In this document: positions 13,169 through 25,401 of the stretch, piece by piece
How the letters are laid out: each line of letters begins with the position of its first letter
How positions within the stretch are numbered: the stretch's first letter is position 1
DNA from: Callorhinchus milii
Lineage: Eukaryota
Assembly (NCBI RefSeq): GCF_018977255.1
Contig: NW_024704742.1
Location: 38,442,001-38,506,000 of the forward strand
Direction: 5' to 3'
Length of the DNA stretch: 64,000 bases
Program-made: the position numbers and the translations under genes
The notes under the pieces: generated by a model
What the model was told of the DNA's origin: nothing
The model's input: the letters and a program-made list of their open reading frames with translations, nothing else
Database searches by the model: none

Positions 13169-13938
13169 GTACAGTCACCTTTAATTTAACTGGATTTAAT
13201 TAAGTATAGAATTCACTCAGGTCTGTAGTCATTTTGACTTTAACAGTGGTAACAACATTTGTACAAGTCTTTAAATGCATGTTCTGGGACAGGTTTTGTA
13301 GGTGGAATGAGGAGGATGTACACTATTATAAACACTACAGAGACATAACCACATTTAGAAACTGGCAGGTGAAAACTGTTGGAATCCTAATGCGGAGCTT
13401 GAACCCACAACCTTCTGACCCAGAGCAGAGAACGTTACCACCTGAACTAAGATGACAACCATTATGGTCAATGAGCCCAATATTTATTATCCTGAAGCCA
13501 CTATTGAATGGTTATTCTATCTGACTGCTTATGTACATTGAAACCATTTTTGTAACTCAGAAAGGATCATGCATGGCCCTTGCAGCCAGCCAAAGATTCT
13601 TTTCCCATCCATCCAGCCTGAATTCCTACCAAGGTCATGGAGGGCAAAAATTAATGTACTAACTTATTCCTTTTATAAACATTTTCATTTGACAATGCAA
13701 GGACCGTTTGTTTTGGGGGCAAGCAAATGGAAAAGGTCTTACCATCGTAAACAAATGACTTAACGTTTCAAACAATGGAACATAGTATATTTGAGGGCGA
13801 ATAGTACAATTTCACTGATGTTATACATTGTGGAATAAGCTGCAAGTTGCAGAATCCTCTCTGCTGTGCTATTGTCCGCTCTGTACTCTTGCTTCTTTCA
13901 CTCTTATGGTGCTGTCATTTGACTGCTCCACTTTAAAG

Positions 13939-14013
13939 GCTCCTGATGACTCTGAGCAGGAAACAGAAAGTCTTGAGGACAGCCCCACCATGGAAGAGGA
14001 GGTCCCGGGGGAG
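13939..14013 (+). CDS. SEC31A: SEC31A coding exon (acidic linker)
   Basis: APDDSEQETESLEDSPTMEEEVPGE, resembling the mammalian ...GEESPAAEEQLLGE exon; phase 0/0. Confidence 0.85.
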
Positions 14014-15658
14014 GTATTAGATTGATCCCATATTATTTTTGTAGTTGTAGTTATGCATGCTGTAGTTTTCTACATTGTAGCTTAACTTTGTTGTAGTTTT
14101 TCTGTATTGTAGATTTGCATGTTACAATTTTCCATGTTATTTTTATACTTTGTTTTTTATGCTCCAGTTTTGTATGTTATTTTTATGCTATAGTTTTGCA
14201 TGTTGTAATTGTTCTGTTGTGGTTTGGTATATTGTATTGTATAGAGTCGAGTTCGCATGATGTTAAGTCACCTATTTTGTTATAATCCGCACAATGTTAT
14301 ACTGGTGGCTGGTACTAGCCATGCCGATTATGTTTTGTACACATTTGAGTTTGTGTATTGTTATAGCCAAATAATGTTATAATTCGTCTAAGGTTATACA
14401 AACTTGGGGCCCGATTAACAAGAAGATTGAATAATGTTATACCCAGGAGTGTAGTTTTGCTGGAGAGTCCTGGAGCATTGATCTGGCATCTGAAATCCAG
14501 AACGAAGAGCCAAGGTGATAGCTTCCTGGGATTGCGAGTCCAGTGAGAAGAGGCTGTTACAGTACCTATAGTGTCAGTTATTTTTGTGATTCAAATTAGA
14601 AGATAAAAGAATCAAACATAACCAATTTTTTTTAAAAAAAACCTTGTTACTGTGAAATTAAAGTAAAATATTGGATTTTTAACTTTTTTTCTTAATGTTG
14701 AAATTATAAATGCCTTCAGAACAGTCTGAAAGCATTTGCATTTTAAGGGAAGTTCCCCTGTTGATAGAGTATGCATAATATTATAATTTTGTTAGGCCTG
14801 ACAGACTAACATTAAGCAAACTCGACAATATATTGTGTGTAGGCTGATGCATTTCCTGCTGATTGTGGTAATATCACACATATTTAGATAGTGTTAATCT
14901 TCAAAAAACACTGTGCCCATCCCCTCGAGACTCCACGAAAGAGATTGTGTAACTAAATTACAAGTTTGGAACAGAGTGCCATGAATGACAGTTTACAGTC
15001 TGCTAAAAGCCAAGCTTGACATTGCAAGTCACTGCTTCATTTACGTTTTCCTCTCCTACTGTTCTTTGAACTTTGTGGTGTCCTGCGCCAAGGACCCTTT
15101 ACCTGGATTTCTCAGCGTAAGAAATGAATATTCTTATTCTAACTTCACACACCTTTGTTTTCTCTAGCATTAAGTAGGAACCTGGTTGTTAAGTCGATTC
15201 GCAGATCGCTTTTCCAGGGTTAATAATTCCTTGAAAATAAATTAAAAAAATAATTGGTTCACTCAATGCACAACTGTTTTTGGGACACTGCTGTGTGCAA
15301 ATTGCCTTTCAGCATGAATTTTCTTTGTGCCTTGAACAGCGCCTTGAACAGAGCCGTTCCAGAATTTCCAGGCACTCTGAGTCCCGATGGTTAAGCTCTC
15401 GAGTTGTAAAAGCTTCAATAATTCAGTGGAGCGGGTGTCGGTGATTATTTTTACTCTAGGCTGTGCTATTAACCTGATCTCAACCAGCATGAACATACAT
15501 TACTTGGAGAGCACACTCACCTGTCTTGTTCCTCAGATGCTGGAAAACGCATTGAGGAAGGTATACTGTGCTTTGAATGCAAAGGCTGGTGATTGTGTGT
15601 AGTTGTCCAATCTATGAAAATGTTTGTGTTTGTGTCTGACCTGGGTTTGTTGGTGCAG

Positions 15659-15758
15659 GCGGAGGAGGAGGAGGAGGAGGACGATGTGGCACTCGATGAA
15701 TCTGCACCTGAAATGCAAGACACAGATGAAGCAAAATTCAATATTTCTGTCAGTGGAG
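15659..15758 (+). CDS. SEC31A: SEC31A coding exon (acidic linker)
   Basis: AEEEEEEDDVALDESAPEMQDTDEAKFNISVSG; ends in the conserved FNISVSG, phase 1 donor. Confidence 0.92.
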
Positions 15759-15785
15759 GTCTGTGCTCTTGAGTTGTTACCTGTG

Positions 15786-16020
15786 TCTCCACACTCTGGA
15801 ACTCCATCCCACGGTCCCTTGCTTCCTCCCTTGCCTCCTTCAAGGTCGGTCTCAAGACCCTTCTCTTCGATTGTGCCTTTGGCTGCCCTCCCACCTCTCT
15901 GCCTTCCCTCACCCCTACACCACCCCTCCCCCATGCTCGGCCCCCGACACCTGACTAATCAGCGCTTTGGGACGTCCTCCCGACGTGAAAGGCGCTCTAT
16001 AAATGTCATTTTGTTGTTGT
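15786..16020 (+). mobile_element. L2 LINE 3' end (5'-truncated)
   Basis: ctctggaactccatccc...tccttcaaggtcggtctcaagacccttctcttcga...agcgctttgggacgtcctcccgacgtgaaaggcgctctataaatg(ttg)n; near-identical copies at 34957-35225 (-) and 56657-56948 (+). Confidence 0.8.
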
Positions 16021-16097
16021 CTTTAGGGCTTTAGACACAAAGGCTGGAAAATTTACAATGCTGTATCTTTGATATCTTTTCTCTTGTCATGGAGACA

Positions 16098-16478
16098 CCA
16101 GAGAGACAGTGAAGGTGTACAGAGAGAGAGTGAAGGTGTACAGAGAGACAGTGAAGGTGTACAGAGAGACGGGGAAGGCGTACAGAGAGACGGGGAAGGC
16201 GTACAGAGAGACGGGGAAGGCGTACAGAGAGACGGGGAAGGCGTACAGAGAGACGGGGAAGGCGTACAGAGAGACGGGGAAGGCGTACAGAGAGACGGGG
16301 AAGGCGTACAGGGAGAGGGGGAAGGAGTACAGGGAGAGGCGGGAGGCGTACAGGGAGAGGCGGGAGGCGTACAGGGAGAGGCGGGAGGCGTACAGGGAGA
16401 GGCGGGGAAGGCGTACAGGGAGAGGCGGGAGGTGTACAGGGAGAGGGGGAGGCGTACAGGGAGAGGGGGAGGCGTACA
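16098..16478. repeat. 21-bp purine-rich minisatellite (~18 units)
   Basis: Tandem gtacagagagacggggaaggc and variants. Confidence 0.95.
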
Positions 16479-16634
16479 ATGTGAGAAACTTTTAAGAGGC
16501 AACTGTATAATTTTTTAGTGAATCAAAGGGAATGGGTCTAATGCCCTGTACATTCCTATGTTACTAAGTATTGCAATAATTCAACAGTGTCTGAGTGAGG
16601 GAATGGTTATAAAAAGCTGGTTTCCATACGACAG

Positions 16635-16813
16635 ATGTTGACGGGCTGATCAAGCAGGCTTTGCTGACTGGTAACTTCGAGGGAGCTGTTGATCTTTGCT
16701 TGCATGACAATCGGATGGCTGATGCTATCATTTTAGCAATAGCTGGAGGACAGGACCTTCTAGCTAAAACGCAAAAAAAATACTTTGCAAAATCCAACAG
16801 CAAGATCACTAGG
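16635..16813 (+). CDS. SEC31A: SEC31A coding exon (alpha-solenoid/ACE1)
   Basis: (D)VDGLIKQALLTGNFEGAVDLCLHDNRMADAIILAIAGGQDLLAKTQKKYFAKSNSKITR. Confidence 0.97.
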
Positions 16814-16954
16814 GTAAGTGGCCATATAATAATAATAATAATCCTTGCATTTGATATCGCACCTTATGTCACTGGTTATTTTAGTATTTGGTGTGTTCTT
16901 TAATACGTCGAGCTGTTCTGATGCAGACCTCTGTGTTTTGGGTGTGCGATTTAG

Positions 16955-17081
16955 CTGATTGATGCTGTTGTGACGAGAGACTGGCCGGAGATTGTTCAGT
17001 CGTGTGACCTGCAGAACTGGAAGGAAGCTTTGGCTGCTCTGCTGACCTACGCGAGACCTGACGAGTTTGCAGCACTTTGTG
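16955..17081 (+). CDS. SEC31A: SEC31A coding exon (alpha-solenoid)
   Basis: LIDAVVTRDWPEIVQSCDLQNWKEALAALLTYARPDEFAALC. Confidence 0.97.
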
Positions 17082-17709
17082 GTCAGTAGAGCTTCTCTCT
17101 TTATTCTCTCCTGACATTAATTCTGGAATAGCATGTCCTAAAGAAACTCGATCATGCTCCAATGATTTATTTCCAAACTGCTCTGTTAGTAAAGTTTCAC
17201 TAATCTTTCAGCTTGTGTACGTGTATGCATGACTGCATGTATAAGTATGCACCTGTCTTTTTTGCACGTGTGTGGTTGTGTACTGGGAGTGGATGGACCC
17301 AGCACACGTGCTTGTGTGCACACGGATGTACATTTGTGTAAATGGGGCGTGCATTTGTGTGCATGCGTGTGATGCATGTGAATTAGATGTACGTATGTGT
17401 GCGAGCACGCAAGCATGTCAGCATGTAGATTTACAAAAGATTTTCCAAAATGTAATCAACAGCAACCAAATAGGAGAAATATAACCCTTTGTTGAGTGGA
17501 CTGCTTTACATGTGCCAGCACTATTGTTGTTTTTATGTGACAGGACACCGCTAAATCCATTAGTTTTATTACAAATCATAGAGGCTATGCCATTATAATC
17601 AGTGCAGTTTAATTTAATTCTAATTTATTATTTTATTCTTAGAAAATAATGCAAATGGGGAGGTGTGTTATAACTAAAAGAAATTGCAAGTAATTTGTTT
17701 CTGGTTCAG

Positions 17710-17855
17710 ATCTGTTGGGATCCCGGCTGGAGAGTGAGGATGACAGCAGTCTACAGGCCCAGGCCTGCCTGTGCTACATCTGTGCTGGGAATGTGGAGAA
17801 GTTGGTGGCCTGCTGGGATAAAGCTCAAGGTGGAAGTTCACCTCTGGCTCTTCAG
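17710..17855 (+). CDS. SEC31A: SEC31A coding exon (alpha-solenoid)
   Basis: (D)LLGSRLESEDDSSLQAQACLCYICAGNVEKLVACWDKAQGGSSPLALQ. Confidence 0.97.
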
Positions 17856-18266
17856 GTGAGGAACACAGGAGCCAGGACGTTAGGAACATAGGAGCAGGAG
17901 GAAGCCTTTCTAGCACATGGATAATAGACACACTTGGGGCAAAATACTGGAGGGGTCTGTCCTGTGTCTGTGAAACTATAGCCCAGTGAAAGGAAAAAGG
18001 AGGCAATACCTCGGGGCAGGAGGAGAGGAGAAAAATCGAAAACAAAACCCCCAACGTTTGCTGAACCAGGGCGGTTGAAAACTGCTCTACTTCAGACTCT
18101 AGCAAAACATCTCTCTTGACAGCCACCAGGGGTGAATCATACAGAACACCTGTCACTATTGTGGCCCTTTCCAGCTGCACGGTGTCACCTTTTAAAGACC
18201 CTGCCCCTGTTCCCCGTGGAGCCGGCTGCTAATGTTCTCTCTGCTCTCTGGGTTTCTCTATTTCAG

Positions 18267-18440
18267 GATCTGATTGAGAAAGTGGTGGTTTTACGTAAAG
18301 CCATCGAGCTTCGGCAGGGCACGAACAACAATGGAGTGGGAGACGTTCTTGCGGAGAAGATGAGTCAATACGCCAATCTGCTGGCTGCCCAGGGTAGTCT
18401 GTTGGCTGCTCTGTCCTACCTGCCGATTGACACCAGTCAG
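18267..18440 (+). CDS. SEC31A: SEC31A coding exon (alpha-solenoid)
   Basis: DLIEKVVVLRKAIELRQG...LAEKMSQYANLLAAQGSLLAALSYLPIDTSQ. Confidence 0.97.
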
Positions 18441-19472
18441 GTAAAAGCTAAAAAGCTTGCCCCTCCCCCACTATCAGTCCATATCACTATCCCTGCCCTC
18501 CCCTGTTCCCCCACCCTTTGCCTATGTTCCCCACTGCTCCCTGTCCCCTCTCTCACTGCTTCCCCTATTCCAATCCCCGTATTCTTGCACCCCCTCACTC
18601 ACCCTCAACTCTATCTCACTTGCAGGCACACACAAGATGAAGTATTCCATGCACTACATTAGGGGGACAGCTTGTCAGACTTTAACAATGAATTATTCTT
18701 TAAAAATACAATTATTTTATGATTTTTATGAGATAAAGGAGTTATAGTTGTATGAGAAATAATTTTTCATGCCATTACCTGTAAACTAAATCCCAAAACA
18801 AAGTATTGAGTAAAATTAGCATTTTTAGAGACTCGGTATACACTTGTTCGGTTGTACATACTTATCCTTTTACCTTGATTCGTTGCTGCTCTGTAATTTT
18901 AATACAATAAGCTCACCAAGTTTGTTAAATTTATCAACTAGGAGAGAATATTTTCTACCCCATATCTACTGCATATATATTCAATGCTGTTCAAACCATT
19001 TAGTAAAAACTGTACTGACTGACATGATGGATAACAGATTGGGGTTGTCTGGAAAATTGTTGGCCACAACACCAGGAGAAGCTTCCTCCTCTTTTCAAAT
19101 ATTATCATGGGAATCATTGCCATCCACTAGAACAGGCAGCTCAGTGCAATTCAAACCATTCAGCAATACCTGTAATGATTGACATGATGATGGGTGACAT
19201 GTCAGTCATCACTGTTTTTACTAAATGATTTATACTCTTCAGTTTTTACTCCTCTCCACTGAGAAGAGCTCAAAGTCCCCACTGAGGGGTTTTAACCCAC
19301 AGCCTTCTGGCAGAGGCAAGCATGCTACCAACAGAGCCAGGCTGACTATGATGAGGTTGATGTATTAAAGGAATCTTTTGGAAAGTTGGATGGGTAGTTT
19401 GATGGGTCAATCAGTGGGTCTCTTCTGTCAGAAACTGTACCTGTGTTATAATCTCTCACTCTTTCTCGGCAG

Positions 19473-19658
19473 CTGAAGATCATGCATTTACGGGATCGAC
19501 TGTTCCGTGCTCAGGGTGAACAGGCCTTGGGACAGCAGTCGGCTCCCTTCCCAGACCAGATGCAGCAAGTCACAAGAGGGAGAGACGGGACCCCAGGCCC
19601 TTCCTTTGCTCCTGGACAGAATCAGCAGCAAGCAACGACCCAGCAGTACTACCCACAG
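19473..19658 (+). CDS. SEC31A: SEC31A coding exon (start of Pro-rich region)
   Basis: LKIMHLRDRLFRAQGEQ...QQQATTQQYYPQ; |gtaagg donor. Confidence 0.96.
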
Positions 19659-22600
19659 GTAAGGCTGCTGTGAGAGGCCTTTTTTCCCCTCCATGAAATG
19701 GGGAAGACATTTCAGCGTTGAGGATTAATGTTTTAGCATTTTAATATGTGCTGTCAAGAATTTCTTTCTAACGGGTAATCCTTGTTTTTCTAACTTGATA
19801 TTGCTGATTGAGCAGATGTCTGCGTAAAGTGAAAGGTGAAGCTCAGACTGAGCAATTATCACTTGTTTTCTTCCAAATCTCTTTCCTTTACCTCCCTCTG
19901 GTTCCTGTTGGGGTGAGATTCCTCCTGAATTCTTCATTTGTGTTAAGTAATGGGCCATGTGACTGTGGGTGATATCAGAGCCAAGCCTGCTCCTTACCCT
20001 CGCCAGATGTTTGTCTCCACCCACATGCACACTTTCCAGTTAGGGTCAATGGATAACTGTCAGGAGCAGGATCCCTTTCCAATTTGTAGCTGTTCTGAGC
20101 CCAAGTGTGCTGAGGTCATTTGCCACCCCCAGACACATACACCACATGCACAGGCACCCACTGATGTAACACCAGCTGACTCACAATATACTCGAGACCT
20201 TCTTGGGCCATAAGGTTCAGTGTCAAACAGAGTATCAGATTTACAACTGAACAATTAGGGATAATTTGGGACTGAGACTGACTAAACACATGCACCCGGA
20301 AGTCTTTATGTCAAAAGGAGACTTTTACTTTAGCTGTCCTCACTGGTCCCTAGAGGTGGAAAATATGGGCAAACCCACTGTACCACCTCCCCCTGCCCCC
20401 GTACTAAAACAGCTTGAAAACGTGACTGACTGGAAAGCAAATTCATAGACCTGGAGAGAAAGACGTCTGTTAACAGACCATTCTAAAGCAGATTCTGATA
20501 ATCCAGCAAGCTGTTCATGCTTGAGTGCTGTCTGAGGTTTTAGTATCTCGTTTTGTTTCCATTTTCCTCCCTTCTCCTCTCTAGGTTTGAATGAGCATGA
20601 TTTTTCCTATATAAATGTAAATTATATTGTATAAGGGAAATCATGGCAAGAAGAGATAAGAATGATGGTCCATGACAATTTCCAATAAATGGCAAGCTCA
20701 CCAACCTCCCGGGGCATTTATGAATCTCTGTAGCTGGATGGCAGCAAATCATTTACACAAACGAATACTTGCTATTTGCAATGTTGTCCAGCAGGCGCCA
20801 CTGGACAGTCATTATGCGCTAATAGCTACTGTTGTTGTTTAAGAGTTCTGAGATGCTATTCCACATTATATGGATGTAAGTTGTTGTGTGAAAAAAAATA
20901 TAAGCTTTTGTCTGAAAGAACCATTGTGGCTTCTGCTTACCAGCGTGCACTGGTTAGTGCACGACCTGAAGCAGCAGGCAAAAAGGGAGCAGGTCTAGGG
21001 ACACAAACGGCAATCTCAGGATGGAACCAGGAAGCATTTGTTTACACAGATGAAAAACAACCTGAAACAGTTTATAGAAAAATAATACTCATAAATGCCA
21101 AGTCATTGGTCTTATGCAAACATGGCCTCAAATGGACAGATTGGTGAACATTCATCAAAAAGGAGATACTTAATTAAATTAAGAACTGTTTAATTTTTTA
21201 ATCAAAATTATGTGAGAAAAATAGAAATATCTGGAGATTACATAAGCAATTTAAAACAAAAAAACAAATTGAGTTTTAAATTATGCAGCACTCTATTTAA
21301 TGAGATCAAATGAGAGGTCTTGTTGAGAACAAGGCAGTGAAGCAGTGCGTGAACCGATCTTCAGTGATGGAGCACAGTGAACTAGTACTGGGTGATCATC
21401 AACTACAAGCAGGGAGTAAAAATTATATTGGTAATTATGCACATTGCTAGTGGTGATGTGCCATTAGAATGGGATATCCCACTAGTAGCTGACAAGACCA
21501 AAGGAACTGCATACATGCCACACAAAAATATTTTTACATGGTAGATATTTTCAGCAAGGGGAGGCCATTCAAGCACTTTGAGACATCCTCCTGATGTTAA
21601 AGGGGCTATATAAATGTAAATTGTATTGTATATTCAGCTTATCATATCTATGTCACTGCTGCCTGTTTTTTCAAAGCTTTTTGGATAATGATATCCCTTA
21701 TTCCATATGGTTTTACTGCCAAGTTGCTTGTCAAGTACCTCTTTGAGTGATTCTATTGACTCAGCCTATCCACATATTCTCTCTAGTCTTTTAACCCAGA
21801 ACTTTTATACTTCAGACATGTGCTTCGGACATAGCAACACTGTGATAGAAGTTGGACATACAACAACTCTGTTACTTGGTAGCTGCAATAGAAAATAAAT
21901 GTTTATCTCAGCTCACTCCCTCCACCCAACAATATTGTGTGCGAGGTCACGAGTAACATACACACTGCACAATGTCTCTGAGATGTCACTCACTATCTGT
22001 CTGTGATCACTGAGTGGAGTGCGAACAACACATTGAAATCCTTCCATTGGACCCAAAATGAGGGCAGAGATTCAATTATAAGTCTAGAATGTTATAGTCA
22101 GCAGCTAATAGTCACTAATTATATACAAAGAATAATGTGTGAGAGTATATAAATATATCAAAAAACAGACCACACATAGATACATAACTATCTAGAGGAT
22201 GGAAACAGGCTCCAGGGAAATGAGAACCTCTCCCTCATTAGATGCTCAATACAGCCAGGGGGTGGGTGGGGAAATCAAGCTCAAGTGGATCACAAAACAC
22301 TTCTCTTTTCCTTTTAAGGACAGCTAATGCAATCCATTTTTTCAGAGCAGATTTGAGAGAATTCTCTTCCTTCTCGATTTTCTTCTCTCTTCTCCCTAAG
22401 GAGACATTTACTTGTGGTGGGGTAGTGTTACAAGTGCTAGCAGGCCCTCCAATAACTCATCCTGGTTACCATGTCAGCATGTATCCATGTTGGGGGGGTG
22501 TTGGTATCATATCTGAGCTCAACCTCACCCAGTGTTTACGTCCCCAAAGTCACACTGGTTAGAGATCAGAAGAGAGGTAGTTGGGCTGATTATTCTCCTA

Positions 22601-22874
22601 CTCCAATACTCCATGTTCCTAGGAGTTTCTAATTCAGGAAATTCGCATAATTGTTTCTGAGTCTCCTTTCTTACATAAAGTTTTATTTGCCCACCTTATC
22701 AGTGTTACATGTCTATGCTGAAATGCCCTTTCTTTTTGTCTGAATGCTTATTATTTTTCTATGCAGTATTTTTTCTGCATGGTTTGTGTTTTGTTAACTC
22801 TGTATGTTCAGGGGGTTTGTTGTGTGTTTCTTTATTTTTTTTCCTTTATCGTTGTGCGTCTGTATTTGATTCAG

Positions 22875-22964
22875 GTTAGACCTGCCCCTACTGTCACATC
22901 ATGGAGTAACCAGACCTCCACTGCCCTCCCCAGGCTTCCACCAGCCTCTACGTCTAACACCCAG
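22875..22964 (+). CDS. SEC31A: SEC31A 90-nt cassette (probably alternative) exon
   Basis: ttcag|...|gtacag; VRPAPTVTSWSNQTSTALPRLPPASTSNTQ resembles the mammalian alternative segment VRIAPTVTTWSNKTPTALP... (recalled); phase 0/0. Confidence 0.9.
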
Positions 22965-24278
22965 GTACAGCAACATTGATCTATTCCTCTCTACTGTGCC
23001 AGAAGAATGGTTGCAACAACGACAGGCAATCATGCCCATTCCACTTTGCTTGTTGACACACAGATGCTTTTTTACATACCGCATATATCACTGCATCCCA
23101 CATATGTGGACTTGGAAGCACACAGGCTAAGTTGACACTCCAGTGGAGTGCCAGGGATGTCTTGCATTGTCGGAGGTTCCGTCCTTCAAACAAGACATTA
23201 AACCGAGATCTGCCTGTTCACGTGGACACTAAAGATCCCACGTTGACCATGACACTATTCGAAAAGAGAAGGCAGTTTCCCTGGTGTCCTGGCCAATAAT
23301 CACCCAAAACAAAATTGATCATTCGAATCATGGCTCTTTGTGAGACGTTGCTGTGCGCAAACTGGCAGCAGCATTTCACCCATAAAATACGCAGTCACTC
23401 CACTTTACAGTATACCCTGTGAAGTGCTTTGATACATCTCAACAACATGATAAGGCGTAATGCCAAAATGTAAGTTATATATGTAGCACAAAGAACAGGG
23501 GGTGGGGGAGAACTAGGAATAGGCAATTTAAACCACTAATTTCTTTTGCCATCATTTCTGCTTTTCTCAATATCCTTCAATTCCCTGCTTCCCAAATATC
23601 TGTCTATCGATTTCCATTTTTAAACGTACAGATTGATTCTGCATCTGCAATTTTCTGGACTGTACATTCTACATTCTTACCACCCCCGTGGGTGATGAAA
23701 CGTTTTCTGTCTGGGGACTAAGTAAACTAATGGAATTCATCATCCTTTGAATTTGGTTTAACTCTTTAATTTATAGAGGTCATCCTCTTAAGACAGTGCA
23801 CTGATTAAAACATTATGATAATAATGCTTACATTTGATATAGTACCTTATTGCATCTCGGAGACATCTCTAAAGTACTTCACGATTTATTTTAAAGTGTC
23901 GCCATTGTGTTAGTGAACACGCCAGCCAATTTGTGGCACATCAATGTCTCACAAACCGCCATGAAGTGAATGACCAATTTTATCTGGGGGATTGTTGGCC
24001 AGGGCACCAAGAGAAATTCCTTTTTCTATTTGAATAGTGCTTTGGTATCTTTAATGTCCATCTGAACAAACAGATGGGACTTTGGTTTAACATCTTACTG
24101 GAAGGATGGCATCTCCAACAAAGCAGCAGGTCCCCAGCACTGAACCCACAGCCTTCTGACTCTGAGGCCAGAGTGCTACCAACTGAGCCGGAGTAACTGA
24201 AGCAAGAAACTTTGTTCTAAACGTGATCTATACATGAGCTTGCCTTTATGGTTTGTGTTGCCTTCCTCCTCTCCTCAG

Positions 24279-24414
24279 GGTGAAGCTCCACCACCAGCAG
24301 GTTTTATACAGCAGGGGTTTCCCAATCCCAGTGGCCAAGTCCTGCCGCAGCCTTCAGCAGCACCTGCATACAGTATGTATTCCCAGGCCAGCACTCGTCC
24401 TGGCTTTCCTCAAA
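24279..24414 (+). CDS. SEC31A: SEC31A coding exon containing the ALG-2 (PDCD6) binding-site equivalent
   Basis: GEAPPPAGFIQQGFPNPSGQ...RPGFPQ; aligns to human GENPPPPGFIMHG; |gtaagt phase 1. Confidence 0.95.
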
Positions 24415-24884
24415 GTAAGTACGCTCATTTGCCTCTGCTTGTTTGTACTCTTTGTACAATTGGGGAGGGGGTAGTAATAAGCGTTACATAGTATGAAAAG
24501 ACATCAGATAAATACAGGTTATCCAGCAATCACTTAATGTTTAGTGAGGACACTTTGTTACCTCGAGTAAAATTGCATTTGTTCACCAGTCGTTACCTTT
24601 CTGTGCACAGCTAATTTTCTGAAGCCGCGTAGGTTTAGCTGATTGTATAAAATAGATTTTAAAGAAATTAATCTGTTCCTATTTCCCCCTCTGCTGTCCT
24701 CTGTGTTTACGCTCACACATTATTGGGTGAAAATGCTGGTACTTCGACAAAATGTCCATTCTTCATATATGGTCCCAGATAGAGAGTGCTTTGCCGAGCT
24801 GTTCAGCTCTGCATCCAAACCATATCCTAGCCTCACCTGATGCTCTTATGCTCCATTCACTAAACACTTAAAGTTGCTGTTATA

Positions 24885-25145
24885 AACAGGATTCTTAAAC
24901 TGAACTCAATCCACACAGTGTGGTGAGAAGGTGGGACTCACTTCCGGAAGTCATGGTTGAAGCAGAAACCATCAATTCATATATGAGAAACTTGATGCAT
25001 ACATGAGGGAAAAGAAGATATAGGGGCGTAAGGATAGACGGGTTTAGGAGGGGTGGAGACTCGTGTGGAGTATAAACACTGGCATAGTTTACCTGGGCAA
25101 AGTGGTTTGTTTTGATACTGTAAATTCTGTGTAATTCTATGTAAT
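24885..25145 (+). mobile_element. CR1 3' fragment
   Basis: agtgtggtgagaaggtgggactcacttccggaagtcatggttgaagcagaaaccatcaattc...ctgtaaattctgtgtaattctatgtaa. Confidence 0.7.
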
Positions 25146-25401
25146 TAAGACCATCACACCCAGAGCTAGAATCCACTTTCTTCTTCCGACTCAATTTTTT
25201 AAAATGTATTACTTATTTTATCACAAAGGTGAAGGGCTGAGACTTGGACCCACAGTCTTGCTGACCTCATATCTATGGTGAAACAGCTGAGCTATGCAGT
25301 ACTTCATGCTTTGCTGGGGTTAATACCCTGATAAATGTCCAGTGGCTGTGTTATTGCTTGTTTACTGATTTAATAATAATGTGGTTTGTTCTTTTTCATA
25401 G

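Noticed and set aside
16053..16518. Four overlapping repetitive ORFs
   Set aside because: Translations of the 21-bp minisatellite.
20788..20803. CTCF-like motif ccagcaggcgccact
   Set aside because: Two core mismatches; indistinguishable from chance.
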